The position numbers and the translations under genes are program-made. A stretch of DNA of 64,000 bases from assembly GCA_016871515.1 (NCBI GenBank), contig VHDE01000006.1, positions 460 to 64,459 of the forward strand, in the 5' to 3' direction. The notes beneath the pieces are model-generated. The model was not told where the DNA came from. It saw only the letters and a list, made by a program, of their open reading frames with translations, and did no database searches. Positions 1-9,607 of this stretch are shown here, piece by piece; position 1 is the first letter of the stretch; each line of letters opens with the position of its first letter. The DNA comes from Verrucomicrobiota bacterium (lineage in GTDB: Bacteria > Verrucomicrobiota > Verrucomicrobiia > Limisphaerales > SIBE01).

Positions 1-38
1 GTAATCAACCATCCGAGAAGTTAGAAAGGATTAACCAC

Positions 39-1145
39 ATGAAGATCATAGTTCGTTGTTCGCTTCTTGCATTAGTCTCCGTACTATCCATCGCGGCCAA
101 CGCCGCACATCTCAGCGACAGCCTAAAAGCAGGCAAGGTTGAGTTAAAATCAGCCGGCCCGCTGGCCTTTGGTCCGGAAGGAATCTTGTTTGTCGCGGAT
201 CCGCTGGATGCGTCGGTCTATGCGATCGCCACCGACGACACAAAAGCAGCCTCGAGCACCGAGAGCTTCAAGGTCGAGGCGATCAACGAAAAAATTGCCG
301 CGTTGTTAGGCGCCACCGCCCAGCAAATTCAAGTCAATGACCTGGCAGTCAATCCGATTTCCCGAAATGCTTGCCTCTCAGTGTCACGCGGCCAGGGGCC
401 CGACGCGGCGCCGGTGTTGGTGCGCGTCGAGAAAGGCGGGAAACTCACGGCTCTCGCCTTGGACAAAGCGAAGTTCTCGAAAGCGAACCTCCCTGACGCG
501 CCCGCTGAAGGTGGCGGCCAAGGCGGACGGCGAGCTCCTACGCGCCGTGAATCGATCACAGACATTGCCTTCAAGGATGGAAAGCTGCTCGTCGCGGGCT
601 TGTCCAATGAAGAATGGTCCTCTGCTCTGCGCAGCATTCCGTTTCCGTTCAGCAACGTTGACAAAGGAACAGGGACGCAAATTTATCACGGAGCTCATGG
701 CGCACAAGAAACCTGGGCGCCCGTCCGCACGTTTGTCCCTTACGAGATCAAAGGAGAAACGCACCTTGTCGCGGCCTATACCTGCACGCCCCTCGTGAAG
801 TTCCCGCTTTCCGCACTCAAGCCAGGCGCTCAAGTCAAAGGAACAACAATCGCCGAGCTGGGCAATCGCAATCGTCCGCTCGACATGATCGTTTATCAAA
901 AGGGTGGCAAAGATTACATTCTGATGGCCAATAGCAGCCGCGGTGTCATGAAGGTCACTACCGATCACATCGACAGCGTCGAGCCCATCGTCGCTCGCGT
1001 TGATGGCACCAAAGGGTTGACCTACGAAACAATCGCGGACTGGAAGGGCATCACCCAGCTCGACAAACTCGACAAAGACCACGCGTTAGTTCTGCGCACG
1101 GCTGATGGCGGCGCGCAGCATCTTGAATCAATCGCGCTGCCTTGA
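39..1145 (+). CDS. secreted hypothetical protein
   Basis: 368-aa ORF with a signal-peptide-like N-terminus MKIIVRCSLLALVSVLSIAANA. AAAGGA lies about 8 nt upstream of the ATG. No family recognised. Confidence 0.6.
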   Translation: MKIIVRCSLLALVSVLSIAANAAHLSDSLKAGKVELKSAGPLAFGPEGILFVADPLDASVYAIATDDTKAASSTESFKVEAINEKIAALLGATAQQIQVNDLAVNPISRNACLSVSRGQGPDAAPVLVRVEKGGKLTALALDKAKFSKANLPDAPAEGGGQGGRRAPTRRESITDIAFKDGKLLVAGLSNEEWSSALRSIPFPFSNVDKGTGTQIYHGAHGAQETWAPVRTFVPYEIKGETHLVAAYTCTPLVKFPLSALKPGAQVKGTTIAELGNRNRPLDMIVYQKGGKDYILMANSSRGVMKVTTDHIDSVEPIVARVDGTKGLTYETIADWKGITQLDKLDKDHALVLRTADGGAQHLESIALP

Positions 1146-1189
1146 ACAGGCCTGACATCCAAGAGCATTACCATTGTTTGGTTTCGCAT

Positions 1190-1225
1190 AACAGCCGCCG
1201 ACGCAACGTCAAGTCGGCGGCTGTT
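1190..1225 (+). terminator. stem-loop downstream of CDS 39-1145
   Basis: Perfect 13-bp stem aacagccgccgac / gtcggcggctgtt with a 10-nt loop, followed by tgtt. It lies 45 nt after the stop. The U-tract is weak. Confidence 0.4.
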
Positions 1226-1230
1226 TGTTC

Positions 1231-1545
1231 CTCCCCATGAACCTAGCGGCAGGGCTGCGGTGCTCCGCAGCCTGCGAATAGCAATTGAGGCGGCGCAGCA
1301 ACGCCGCCCTACGACGTGTTGGTTCATGGTCCGAATGCGGGTTAGAAAGAACGTGAAGGCTCCCCCTGACCCCCCCGGCATGTAGTGCCGCCGTTAGGCG
1401 CCTTTAGGCGGCAGCATTTGCTGGCAGCGAAACAGCTTTTGCGGATTGCAATGGCTCCGGCTAAAGCCGGGACTACATGCCGCAACGTCAGGTTCATGGG
1501 CGCCATGCGCGAAAATATGTTTCGGAGAAGTCTTTTCAGGAAATG
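1231..1545. repeat. patchwork of several short repeat families (D1, C-like, P, C1b)
   Basis: Contains ctccccatgaacc and ggcggcgcagcaacgccgccct (also at 36950 and 49796). Long-range stem ggcatgtagt (about 1376) / actacatgcc (about 1475). ttcatgggcgccatgcgcgaaaatatgtttcggagaagtc resembles 5437-5480 and 12004-12040. Confidence 0.6.
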
Positions 1546-1680
1546 TCGCGGGAACTGCGAACAGAGAAGCGGCGCAAACGCCGCGCTCCGGTGGCGCTTT
1601 GGTTATGGGTTGCTCGCGTTGCGATAAATACGTTGACCCTCTGGGCCTGACCAAAGAAATTATCGCCCGCTTCTAATTCA

Positions 1681-2946
1681 ATGACAGTGCGCACCAAAGA
1701 TTGCTTGCTCGTCCTCGTTTTTGCCATCGTAGCCTTGTCCGGCTGCCGCTTAGGCCGCCCGAACACTGCGAGCTTGGATGGCTCCTCTACGACTCTAAGC
1801 ATAGCAACGAGTGGTCCGGCGGGTTCTGGAATTCGGCTCATGCCGGCGTCGTCGCCAGACCAGAAACAGGTGTTCTCGATAACCCACCCATCGTTTGGCT
1901 GGCGGGGGAATGCGAGGAAGGTTGCTTTGGATTACGAAGTCTGGAGCAAAGTCTTCCCGATTCGGGTCTCACCGAACCAAGCCAGCGCTGAAACGTGGCC
2001 GGCGATTCTCGGAACATATTTTGCCGATCCGGGACGATTGTCGTTCGAACCGCGCTTTTCGCTGCAACCGGGTGTCACGTATCGGGCGGAGTACCATCCG
2101 AATCAGGCGCCAGTTCTGGCCAACGATCGACCGTCAGCTATCGGCCGTTCCGAAGTCAGCCAAAAGTCAATTTCACAGGAGTTCTCAATCCCCGCTCGTC
2201 CGGTTGTTCGCAGCGTCGTCGTGCGTCAAGTTTATCCGACAATCAATGAGCTGCCGGAGAATCAACTGAAATTCTATATTCATTTCTCGGCGCCGATGAG
2301 CCGCGGCCAAGCCTACGATCACATTCGGCTGTTGGATTCATCGGGAACTGAAGTGCAAGTCCCTTTTCTCGAACTCGGCGAGGAATTGTGGGACCCGGCC
2401 TGCAGTCGGTTCACACTTTTTTTCGATCCGGGACGGGTGAAACGCGAGTTGCAGCCGCGCCGAGAGATGGGTCCCGCTCTGGAGAATGGCAAAGAGTACA
2501 CCCTTGTGGTCAGCGATAAGTGGCTCGATGCCGGCGGGAATCCGTTGGTTCGATCCTTCCAAAAAAAGTTTCGTGTCGGTCCGCCGGATTACACGCCAAT
2601 CGACGCCGCCAAGTGGACATTAAATGCTCCCCGGGCAGCAACGCGCGACCGGCTCGCCGTTCGCTTTCCGGAGCCGCTGGATCATGCGTTGCTTCGACGG
2701 ATGCTCTGGGTCATCGATGCCAATGGTCATCGAGTCACCGGCGAGATGGAAATCGAAGAGGGAGAGCGAGGTTGGACATTCTCGCCTGCGAATTCCTGGA
2801 AATCGGGAACGCATCGTCTCGTTGTGCAAACCGCGCTCGAGGACCTGGCCGGCAATAATATCGGTCGTGCTTTCGAGTTCGATATCTTCAAAACGGACCA
2901 TAAGCTCGGCACGGTGTCGCTGCCTTTCGAGCCACGGAAGCGATGA
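1681..2946 (+). CDS. lipoprotein, Ig-like-domain hypothetical protein
   Basis: 421-aa ORF. N-terminus MTVRTKDCLLVLVFAIVALSGC has a lipobox L-S-G-C. The rest is beta-rich with no catalytic motif recognised. Confidence 0.65.
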   Translation: MTVRTKDCLLVLVFAIVALSGCRLGRPNTASLDGSSTTLSIATSGPAGSGIRLMPASSPDQKQVFSITHPSFGWRGNARKVALDYEVWSKVFPIRVSPNQASAETWPAILGTYFADPGRLSFEPRFSLQPGVTYRAEYHPNQAPVLANDRPSAIGRSEVSQKSISQEFSIPARPVVRSVVVRQVYPTINELPENQLKFYIHFSAPMSRGQAYDHIRLLDSSGTEVQVPFLELGEELWDPACSRFTLFFDPGRVKRELQPRREMGPALENGKEYTLVVSDKWLDAGGNPLVRSFQKKFRVGPPDYTPIDAAKWTLNAPRAATRDRLAVRFPEPLDHALLRRMLWVIDANGHRVTGEMEIEEGERGWTFSPANSWKSGTHRLVVQTALEDLAGNNIGRAFEFDIFKTDHKLGTVSLPFEPRKR

Positions 2947-3236
2947 TTCTCGATCCGTTGGAACGGCTCATGATTGGGCGCACCACCTTCATGATTGCCC
3001 ATCGTCTCTCGACCTTGCGCCACGCGGGTCTCATCCTCGTTCTCCATCATGGCCAGTTGGTCGAACGGGGCACTCAGGAGGAACTGCCAGCCGCAAGCTG
3101 CCCAGACATTCGAAGATATTCCGACGAAAGAGCTGGTTGGCAGCGCACCGAATCCTGGAGTGGCGCGAATAACTGCACCGCAAGCGCTGCGCTCCCGGCC
3201 AGACACGTTGAATCGCACCCCCTGAACCGCGGATAA
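2943..3236 (+). pseudogene. remnant of the C-terminal end of an ABC exporter ATPase
   Basis: GRTTFMIAHRLSTLRHAGLILVLHHGQLVERGTQEEL matches the H-loop/C-terminal block of MsbA-type ABC exporters. Walker A/B and the signature motif are absent. Only about 55 aa are homologous, then the sequence runs out of family. Confidence 0.6.
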
Positions 3237-3243
3237 GAAAATT

Positions 3244-3391
3244 AAACCGCGAATAGACGCGAATGAACGCGAATATAAATGGGCTTCGAGCCGATTGGCG
3301 TTTTCGAGGCGTTATCGACAAGGCGCGGCAAACGGTGGTGCGAGTTCGACCCTCTCAGGATTCGCGTCTCTTCGGGTTCATTCGCGGTTTC
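3244..3391. repeat. inverted-repeat element (family M, cgcgaat tandem arms)
   Basis: Left arm aaaccgcgaatagacgcgaatgaacgcgaatataaatg. Right arm aggattcgcgtctcttcgggttcattcgcggtttc, roughly the reverse complement. Spacer is about 75 nt. Confidence 0.5.
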
Positions 3392-3488
3392 TACTTTGGA
3401 ATCGATTCTCTTACGCGTGGAGTTGGGGAACCCCTCATGTCTTGACCGTGCCAGGAAAACGCTGTTTGCTCATCGGCATTCGTTACCG

Positions 3489-4700
3489 ATGAGCCCCGAA
3501 AAAAAGAACCTTGAAAGTCTGCGAATCGACCGAAGCAGCCAAGCAAAGAGAAGTCCTTTGATTTGGCTGCTGGCCGTCATCGCGGTGGTCGCGGCCGGCG
3601 TGGCGGCAGTGGGCTGGCAATTGAATCGCCCGAAGCCCGCCACGGTCCGAACCTTCGTGGTTCGCGAGACAACGACAGCGGGGCAGAAGACATTGCTGAA
3701 CGCCTCGGGCTACGTAACCGCACGGCGGGAAGCGACCGTTTCCTCGAAAGTCACTGGAAAGGTCATGGAGATATTGATCGAGGAAGGGATGAAGGTTGCC
3801 GAGAACCAGATTCTGGCGCGACTCGACTCATCAAACACGAAAGCGAATCTTGATTTGGCGCAGGCTCAACAGGCCGCCGCACAAAGCGCAATCCATGAGA
3901 CCAAAGTCCGCTTCGACGAAGCCCACCGTGAGCTCCGGCGAATCACCGACTTGGCCAAAGAGAAAATTGCGACCCAAGCCGATTTAGACCGTGCGGACGC
4001 TGAGGTCAATTCACTCAAGGCGCGCTTGGAGCGCCAGCAAGTTGAGGTATCAGTAGCCGAACGTCAGGTCGCTCTTTGGCAGCAGCAGATGGAGGACGCC
4101 GTGATTCGCGCGCCTTTTGCCGGTGTCGTCACGTCGAAAAACGCGCAGCCAGGCGAAATGATCTCTCCCATCTCCGCGGGCGGCGGGTTCACTCGAACGG
4201 GCATCTGCACGCTCGTCGATATGGATTCCTTGGAAGTCGAGATCGATGTGAGCGAGAGTTACATCAATCGCGTTGAAGCCAATCAGCCCGTCGAGGCGAC
4301 GCTTGATGCGTACGCGGATTGGAAGATTCCCTGCAAAGTCATCGCCATCATCCCGACTGCGGACCGGCAGAAAGCGACTGTGAAAGTGCGAGTCGGTTTC
4401 GAAAAACTCGATCCGCGGATTCTGCCGCAAATGGGTATTAAAGTAGCTTTTCAAGGCTCGAAGGAAGGCGAACCGGCGAAAGGGATCGTAATTCCCAAGG
4501 GGGCCGTTCGCTCGCAGGATGGCCAGGACATCGTCTTTGTCATGCAGAATGGCCGGGTGGAACGCCGCGCCATCACTTTGGGAAGCTCAGGAAGCGCCGA
4601 TGTCACTGTGGCCGCCGGCTTGACCGCCGGGGAGAGAGTGGTGCTGGAGGGGCCAGAGAATCTAACACCAGGCGCCGCTGTGGAGGAAACGAAACAATGA
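3489..4700 (+). CDS. efflux transporter periplasmic adaptor subunit (HlyD/MacA family)
   Basis: Start moved to ATG 3489 (MSPEKKNLESLRIDRS..., then TM LIWLLAVIAVVAAGVAAVGW). Contains a coiled-coil hairpin and beta-barrel regions. Overlaps the downstream ATPase by 4 nt. Confidence 0.85.
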   Translation: MSPEKKNLESLRIDRSSQAKRSPLIWLLAVIAVVAAGVAAVGWQLNRPKPATVRTFVVRETTTAGQKTLLNASGYVTARREATVSSKVTGKVMEILIEEGMKVAENQILARLDSSNTKANLDLAQAQQAAAQSAIHETKVRFDEAHRELRRITDLAKEKIATQADLDRADAEVNSLKARLERQQVEVSVAERQVALWQQQMEDAVIRAPFAGVVTSKNAQPGEMISPISAGGGFTRTGICTLVDMDSLEVEIDVSESYINRVEANQPVEATLDAYADWKIPCKVIAIIPTADRQKATVKVRVGFEKLDPRILPQMGIKVAFQGSKEGEPAKGIVIPKGAVRSQDGQDIVFVMQNGRVERRAITLGSSGSADVTVAAGLTAGERVVLEGPENLTPGAAVEETKQ

Positions 4701-5395
4701 GCGACAAAAACAAGGTATTAATTCGCGTGGAAGGAGTGGAGAAGGTCTTTCGCCGCGGCGCCGAGGAGATTCACGTGCTGCAAGGTCTCGATCTGCACGT
4801 GCCGCAAGGTGAGTTTCTCGCTTTGATGGGGCCATCGGGATCGGGAAAGAGCACATTACTAAACCTGATTGGCGGGCTCGATCATCCCACGAAAGGGATC
4901 GTCGAGATTGGCGGTGAACGGATTGATCAATTGTCTGATCGCAAACTCGCGGCGTGGCGCGCACGACATGTCGGCCTTGTCTTCCAATTCTACAATTTGC
5001 TTCCGGTGCTAACGGCGGAACGCAACGTCGAATTGCCGCTTCTGCTGACGCATCTCTCGAAAGGCGAACGAAAGAAGCACGTGGAAACGGCCTTGAATGT
5101 CGTGGGTCTTTCGCACCGCCACCGCCATTACCCGCGCCAGCTCTCGGGGGGCGAACAGCAACGCACCGGTATCGCGCGGGCTATTGTCACAGATCCAACT
5201 TTGTTGCTCTGCGATGAACCGACTGGAGATCTCGATCGGAAATCCGGCGACGAAATCCTGAGTCTTCTGCAAGCGCTGAACCGGGAACAGGGCAAAACCA
5301 TCGTGATGGTGACGCACGACCCGCACGCCTCCGCACGGGCGACGCGAACCGTTTATTTGGACAAAGGCCAACTTTCTGCGACTAGACCTGAATGA
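4697..5395 (+). CDS. ABC transporter ATP-binding protein (MacB/LolD-type)
   Basis: Walker [10 protein letters not shown], signature LSGGEQQR, Walker [10 protein letters not shown]-loop VTHD. Confidence 0.9.
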   Translation: MSDKNKVLIRVEGVEKVFRRGAEEIHVLQGLDLHVPQGEFLALMGPSGSGKSTLLNLIGGLDHPTKGIVEIGGERIDQLSDRKLAAWRARHVGLVFQFYNLLPVLTAERNVELPLLLTHLSKGERKKHVETALNVVGLSHRHRHYPRQLSGGEQQRTGIARAIVTDPTLLLCDEPTGDLDRKSGDEILSLLQALNREQGKTIVMVTHDPHASARATRTVYLDKGQLSATRPE

Positions 5396-5406
5396 GGTGC
5401 ATGATT

Positions 5407-5503
5407 CCCTCTCCCCATGAACCCCCTATCCTACCACGTTCATGGGTTCAATGCGCGAAATCTTTTTTCAGAGAAGTCTCTCCCTATCGAATGGGGCGAG
5501 AGG
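5407..5503. repeat. family C element inside the efflux operon
   Basis: ccctctccccatgaacc...ttcatgggttcaatgcgcgaaatcttttttcagagaagtctctccctatcgaatggggcgagagg. Terminal arms are roughly complementary. Related to 11957-12065. Confidence 0.6.
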
Positions 5504-5532
5504 ATCGCTCGACTCAAGCTTTGCTTAACAGT

Positions 5533-6690
5533 ATGAAATTTCTCAGTCTTGTCTGGAGCAACCTAAAGCGGAAGAAACTCCGCACGGCGCTGACGCTGCT
5601 TTCGATCTTTGTCGCCTTTCTCCTCTACGGCCTCTTGTGCACGATCAAAGAAGCCTTCACGGCGGGCGTGTCGATGGCGGATGCGGACCGGTTAATCGTC
5701 CGGCACAAGGTGTCGCTGATCATGGAGTTGCCGGTGTCCTACCAAACCCGCATCGCCCAGATACCCGGCGTGAATACCGTGTCCCATTTCACTTGGTTTA
5801 ATGGCATTTATCAAAACGAGCCGAAAAACTTCTTCGGCAGTTTTCCGGTAGACCCGGAGCCGTTCCTTGCGATCTTCCCGGAGTTCAGCCTGCCTGAAGA
5901 TCAGAAACAAGCGTGGTTAAAAACCCGGACGGGCGCGATTATCGGACAGGGCTTGGCAGACAGGTTCAAGTGGAAGATCGGGGATCGTATCCCATTGGTT
6001 TCGCCCATTTGGCCCCGCAAAGGAGACGGCGCCTGGGAATTTGAGGTCGTTGGCATTTTCAAAGCCACCAAGAAGGGCGCTGACACATCGGGTTTATATT
6101 TTCGCTACGATTATTTCGACGAAGGCCGCGCTTATGGGGAAGGGTCGATTGGCTGGTACGCGGTTCGCATCAATGACCCGAATCGCGCCACGGAGATAGC
6201 GCAAGCCATCGACAACCAATTTGCCAACTCGCCGCATGAAACGAAGGCCGAGCCGGAAGGAGCGTTCATGCAAGGATTCGCGCAACAGATCGGCGACATC
6301 GGAACGATTCTAATCGCCATTCTCAGCGCCGTCTTCTTCACAATCTTGCTGGTGGCAGGCAATACGATGGCGCAGGCGGTGCGCGAGCGGACGGAGGAAT
6401 TGGGTGTGCTCAAGGCGATGGGATTCTCGAATGAACTGGTGCTCTCCTTGGTGCTGGCCGAGTCTTGCGTCATTGCGGCGGTTGGCGGACTGGCCGGCTT
6501 GGGCCTGGCGTGGCTCATCACGGCGGGCGGCAGTCCGGCGCCCGCCATTCTGCCCGTGTTCTATTTGCCGCCGCATTATGTGATCATAGGCGCAACGCTC
6601 GTGTTGGCGCTTGGCCTGGTCGCTGGCGCGTTGCCCGCACTCCACGCTATGCGCCTCCGAATCGCCGTCGCTTTAAGGAGAGATGCCTGA
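5533..6690 (+). CDS. ABC transporter permease (FtsX/MacB type)
   Basis: Start moved to ATG 5533 (MKFLSLVWSNLKRKKLRTALTLLSIF). Has an N-terminal TM, a large periplasmic domain and a C-terminal FtsX 3-TM bundle. The upstream part of the ORF is a repeat translation. Confidence 0.85.
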   Translation: MKFLSLVWSNLKRKKLRTALTLLSIFVAFLLYGLLCTIKEAFTAGVSMADADRLIVRHKVSLIMELPVSYQTRIAQIPGVNTVSHFTWFNGIYQNEPKNFFGSFPVDPEPFLAIFPEFSLPEDQKQAWLKTRTGAIIGQGLADRFKWKIGDRIPLVSPIWPRKGDGAWEFEVVGIFKATKKGADTSGLYFRYDYFDEGRAYGEGSIGWYAVRINDPNRATEIAQAIDNQFANSPHETKAEPEGAFMQGFAQQIGDIGTILIAILSAVFFTILLVAGNTMAQAVRERTEELGVLKAMGFSNELVLSLVLAESCVIAAVGGLAGLGLAWLITAGGSPAPAILPVFYLPPHYVIIGATLVLALGLVAGALPALHAMRLRIAVALRRDA

Positions 6691-6696
6691 TCTACC

Positions 6697-7884
6697 ATGA
6701 ACTGGATTTCCCAAATTGTATCGGTCACGCTCTTTAACTTGCGCACCATTCCCGAACGCAAAGCCTCCGCGATGGCCGCGGCTGTCGGTATTGCAGGTGT
6801 TGTCGCTGTATTCATTGGCGTGCTCTCGATCGCCGCAGGCTTTCGAGCGGCCATGACAATATCAGGTCCCGATGACGTGGCGATTGTGCTGCGGAGCGGC
6901 GCGGATAGCGAAATGACGAGCGGCCTTTCTCGTGACGACGCGCGGCTGATCGCGGACAGCGCTGGTGTGGCCCGAACTGCTGAAGGTCCGCTCGCGTCCG
7001 CCGAACTGTTCCTGATGATCAATCTCCCCAAACGTTCGACGGCCACCGATGCGAATGTGCCCTTCCGAGGCGTCGAGAAAGCCGCCGCGACCGTGCGCGG
7101 CAACATTAAGATGATCGAGGGCCGAATGTTTGAGCCGGGCCGCAATGAAGTCATTGTCGGCGCCGGCGCGGCTCGAGCCTTTGCCGGTTTGGATGTCGGC
7201 AAAAAGTTTCGCACCGGCCAAAACGAATGGGATGTTGTCGGAATTTTTTCAGGTGGCGGCGGTGTTTCGGAATCAGAGCTTTGGACCGATGCCGCCGTGC
7301 TGCAACCGGCCTATCATCGTGGCAATTCGTTTCAGTCGGTTTACGCGAAATTGGCGTCGCCTGAAGCCTTCCAGCAATTTAAAGACGCCTTAACCACGAA
7401 TCCGCAACTGAAGGTGAAAGCGGTGCGCCAAGGCGAGTTCCTCGCCGAGCAGTCCAGCATGCTGACCGGCTTTATTGAAAGCATCGGCGTGTTCATCGCG
7501 GCGTTGATGGCGCTGGGCGCGTTGTTCGGCGCTTTGAATACGATGTACAGTTCGGTGGCAGCGCGCACGCGCGAGATTGGGACGTTGCGGGCACTGGGCT
7601 TCGGCTCCAGCCCAGTGGTGCTTTCAGTCATGTTTGAATCGCTCGTGCTGGCTTTAATCGGCGGAACGGCCGGCGCAGCGGCGGCTTACTTTGCTTTCGA
7701 TGGTTTCAAGGCGGCGACGATCAATTGGCAGACGTTCAGTCAGGTCGCCTTCGCGTTCGACGTTACTCCACAGCTCCTGGTCCAAGGTGTCATTTGCGCC
7801 ACGCTGATCGGGTTGCTCGGCGGTCTGTTCCCGGCTATTCGCGCTGCACGTTTACCGATCGCGGCTGCCTTACGCTCATTGTAA
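6697..7884 (+). CDS. ABC transporter permease (FtsX/MacB type), second copy
   Basis: 395 aa with the same architecture as 5533-6690. C-terminal TREIGTLRALGF FtsX motif. Confidence 0.85.
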   Translation: MNWISQIVSVTLFNLRTIPERKASAMAAAVGIAGVVAVFIGVLSIAAGFRAAMTISGPDDVAIVLRSGADSEMTSGLSRDDARLIADSAGVARTAEGPLASAELFLMINLPKRSTATDANVPFRGVEKAAATVRGNIKMIEGRMFEPGRNEVIVGAGAARAFAGLDVGKKFRTGQNEWDVVGIFSGGGGVSESELWTDAAVLQPAYHRGNSFQSVYAKLASPEAFQQFKDALTTNPQLKVKAVRQGEFLAEQSSMLTGFIESIGVFIAALMALGALFGALNTMYSSVAARTREIGTLRALGFGSSPVVLSVMFESLVLALIGGTAGAAAAYFAFDGFKAATINWQTFSQVAFAFDVTPQLLVQGVICATLIGLLGGLFPAIRAARLPIAAALRSL

Positions 7885-7900
7885 CGGCCGTCGGGAGCCG

Positions 7901-7988
7901 AGGACTAAACACGAAGATCGCAAAGGCCGCCAAGCATCTCGGCACTTGACTTTGCGGTCTTCGCGCTCTTTGTGTTCTCCTTCGTCGC
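7901..7988. repeat. inverted-repeat element (family K)
   Basis: aacacgaagatcgcaaag ... ctttgcggtcttcgcgctctttgtgtt. Lies between convergent genes. Related motifs occur at 43415, 54793 and 62673. Confidence 0.45.
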
Positions 7989-8055
7989 ACCGACTTGGAA
8001 TTGATTTGGTCAAGTGTTCCAAATCCTGGCGTCCCTTCTTGTGCCTGCGGCATGT

Positions 8056-9375
8056 TCAGTCCGCAGGTCCGGCTATCTCGGCGCCTGAGTCGCGCAGTTC
8101 TGGAAGAAAGAAAGCGATCACAGCTGCCGGCAGGAAAAGGAATCCTGCATAGAAGAGGGTTAACCGATAATCGCCAACCTTGGCGAACAAGCCGAAGAAT
8201 ACCGTTCCGGCCGCTGCCACAATTCGTCCGATGTTATAGCAAAAACCGGCTCCGGTCGTTCGCAACAGCGTAGGAAAGAGCGGCGGCAAATACATCGTGA
8301 AGAGCGCGAACAATCCTTGAAAGAAACCGGGAACCATCAGCCACAGCAGCAAACTTGATTGATCGCGCGGAACCGAGTAGGCGCCAATCATCGCCGCGAA
8401 GTATCCGAGACAGAGGATCGCGATCGTCTTGCGATAGCCAATCGAGCGAGCAATCCACGCCGCAAAGAAATTGCCGGCGATCGAAGAGATGATCACCAAA
8501 TACATGGCCTTGCTCACGAGTTGATTTTTTTCTTGAGGCGTCCAAGCCAAAACGTCCGGAAGGTTTCGCAAATGTTGCTGGTGCCAAAACATGAAGGCCC
8601 AATGGGCGGTCAACGATACGGCGCAGACGAGCAGCACGACCCAGGTCACGCGTTTGATCCGTCCCCGAAACAGGTCAGCGATGGCCGGTTCATTGTTTCG
8701 CGCCTCTGTCTTGGCCGCATGCCACTCGGCGGTTTCCGGAACGGCGCGGCGAATCCAAAAGACCATCAACGCCGGAAGGACTCCGACCAAAAACAAGTAA
8801 CGCGGCGGCTGACCCGCCATAAGCAGACTCGCCAGCACCGCCAGCAAGATGCCGAGATTCACACCCGTTTGAAGGACAGCTGCAATCCAAGGACGCCAGC
8901 GCTTCGGCCACGTTTCCGAAAGCAGTGAAGCGCCGACCGCCCATTCGCCGCCAATTCCCAGCGCTGAAAGAAACCGGAAGATAAGCAAGTGCCACCAGGT
9001 CTGCGCGAAAAAAGAAAGGCCTGTGAAGATGGCGTAGGTCAGCACGGTGAGCGCTAATGTACGACTGCGGCCCAGGCGATCACCAATGCGTCCGAAGAAA
9101 CCGCCCCCGAGAGCCCATCCAACCAGAAAGCCCGCTTGAATAATCGATGCATGCCGCCCAACTCGTGGATCGGTGGTGCTTGAAATCTGCAGCAACTCCG
9201 CAACGAAAGGCAAGGCAACAAGTGTGTACAAATGCATGTCCAACCCGTCGAAAAACCAGCCGAGCCACGCGGCGATGCCTGACCTCCATTGATGTGGCGA
9301 AAGATCTCGCAAACGGCCTGGCTCAGCGCTGGAGGCTGGTCTGGAATTCTGCGCGGACGAGGTCGGGGAATTCAC
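8056..9375 (-). CDS. MFS transporter
   Basis: 439 aa with about 12 predicted TM helices. MFS-like GRIGDRLGRSR loop between TM2 and TM3. Confidence 0.8.
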   Translation of the reverse strand: MNSPTSSAQNSRPASSAEPGRLRDLSPHQWRSGIAAWLGWFFDGLDMHLYTLVALPFVAELLQISSTTDPRVGRHASIIQAGFLVGWALGGGFFGRIGDRLGRSRTLALTVLTYAIFTGLSFFAQTWWHLLIFRFLSALGIGGEWAVGASLLSETWPKRWRPWIAAVLQTGVNLGILLAVLASLLMAGQPPRYLFLVGVLPALMVFWIRRAVPETAEWHAAKTEARNNEPAIADLFRGRIKRVTWVVLLVCAVSLTAHWAFMFWHQQHLRNLPDVLAWTPQEKNQLVSKAMYLVIISSIAGNFFAAWIARSIGYRKTIAILCLGYFAAMIGAYSVPRDQSSLLLWLMVPGFFQGLFALFTMYLPPLFPTLLRTTGAGFCYNIGRIVAAAGTVFFGLFAKVGDYRLTLFYAGFLFLPAAVIAFFLPELRDSGAEIAGPAD

Positions 9376-9607
9376 GACCGGGTTGTAAAGAGTTTACGGG
9401 GAACGAGCGAGTTCTTTTTGGTTTGGCAGGAACAGCGGGAGTTGCACCTGGTCACTAACCCCGGGGGAAGGGCGCAAGTTCGTTAGCGCGGAGTTTCACT
9501 CTGCCTTGGTCGTAGAATCTTAGGTGGCGCCGAGATGCGCCCAGACAGCGCGCGAACTGAGTTTCTGCTGGCGTTCAAATGAAACAACGGGCAATAGAAA
9601 TACGCAT

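Noticed and set aside
329-1381. Long antisense or alternate-frame ORFs overlapping clear genes. Examples: 384-1082(-), 6576-7214(-), 14857-15549(-), 21277-21906(-), 33544-34023(-), 45697-46338(+), 48133-48858(-), 52028-52642(-).
   Set aside because: They overlap genes with strong family motifs. They have Arg/Ala/Gly/Ser-rich low-complexity composition, typical of off-frame translation of GC-rich DNA. They lack recognisable motifs.
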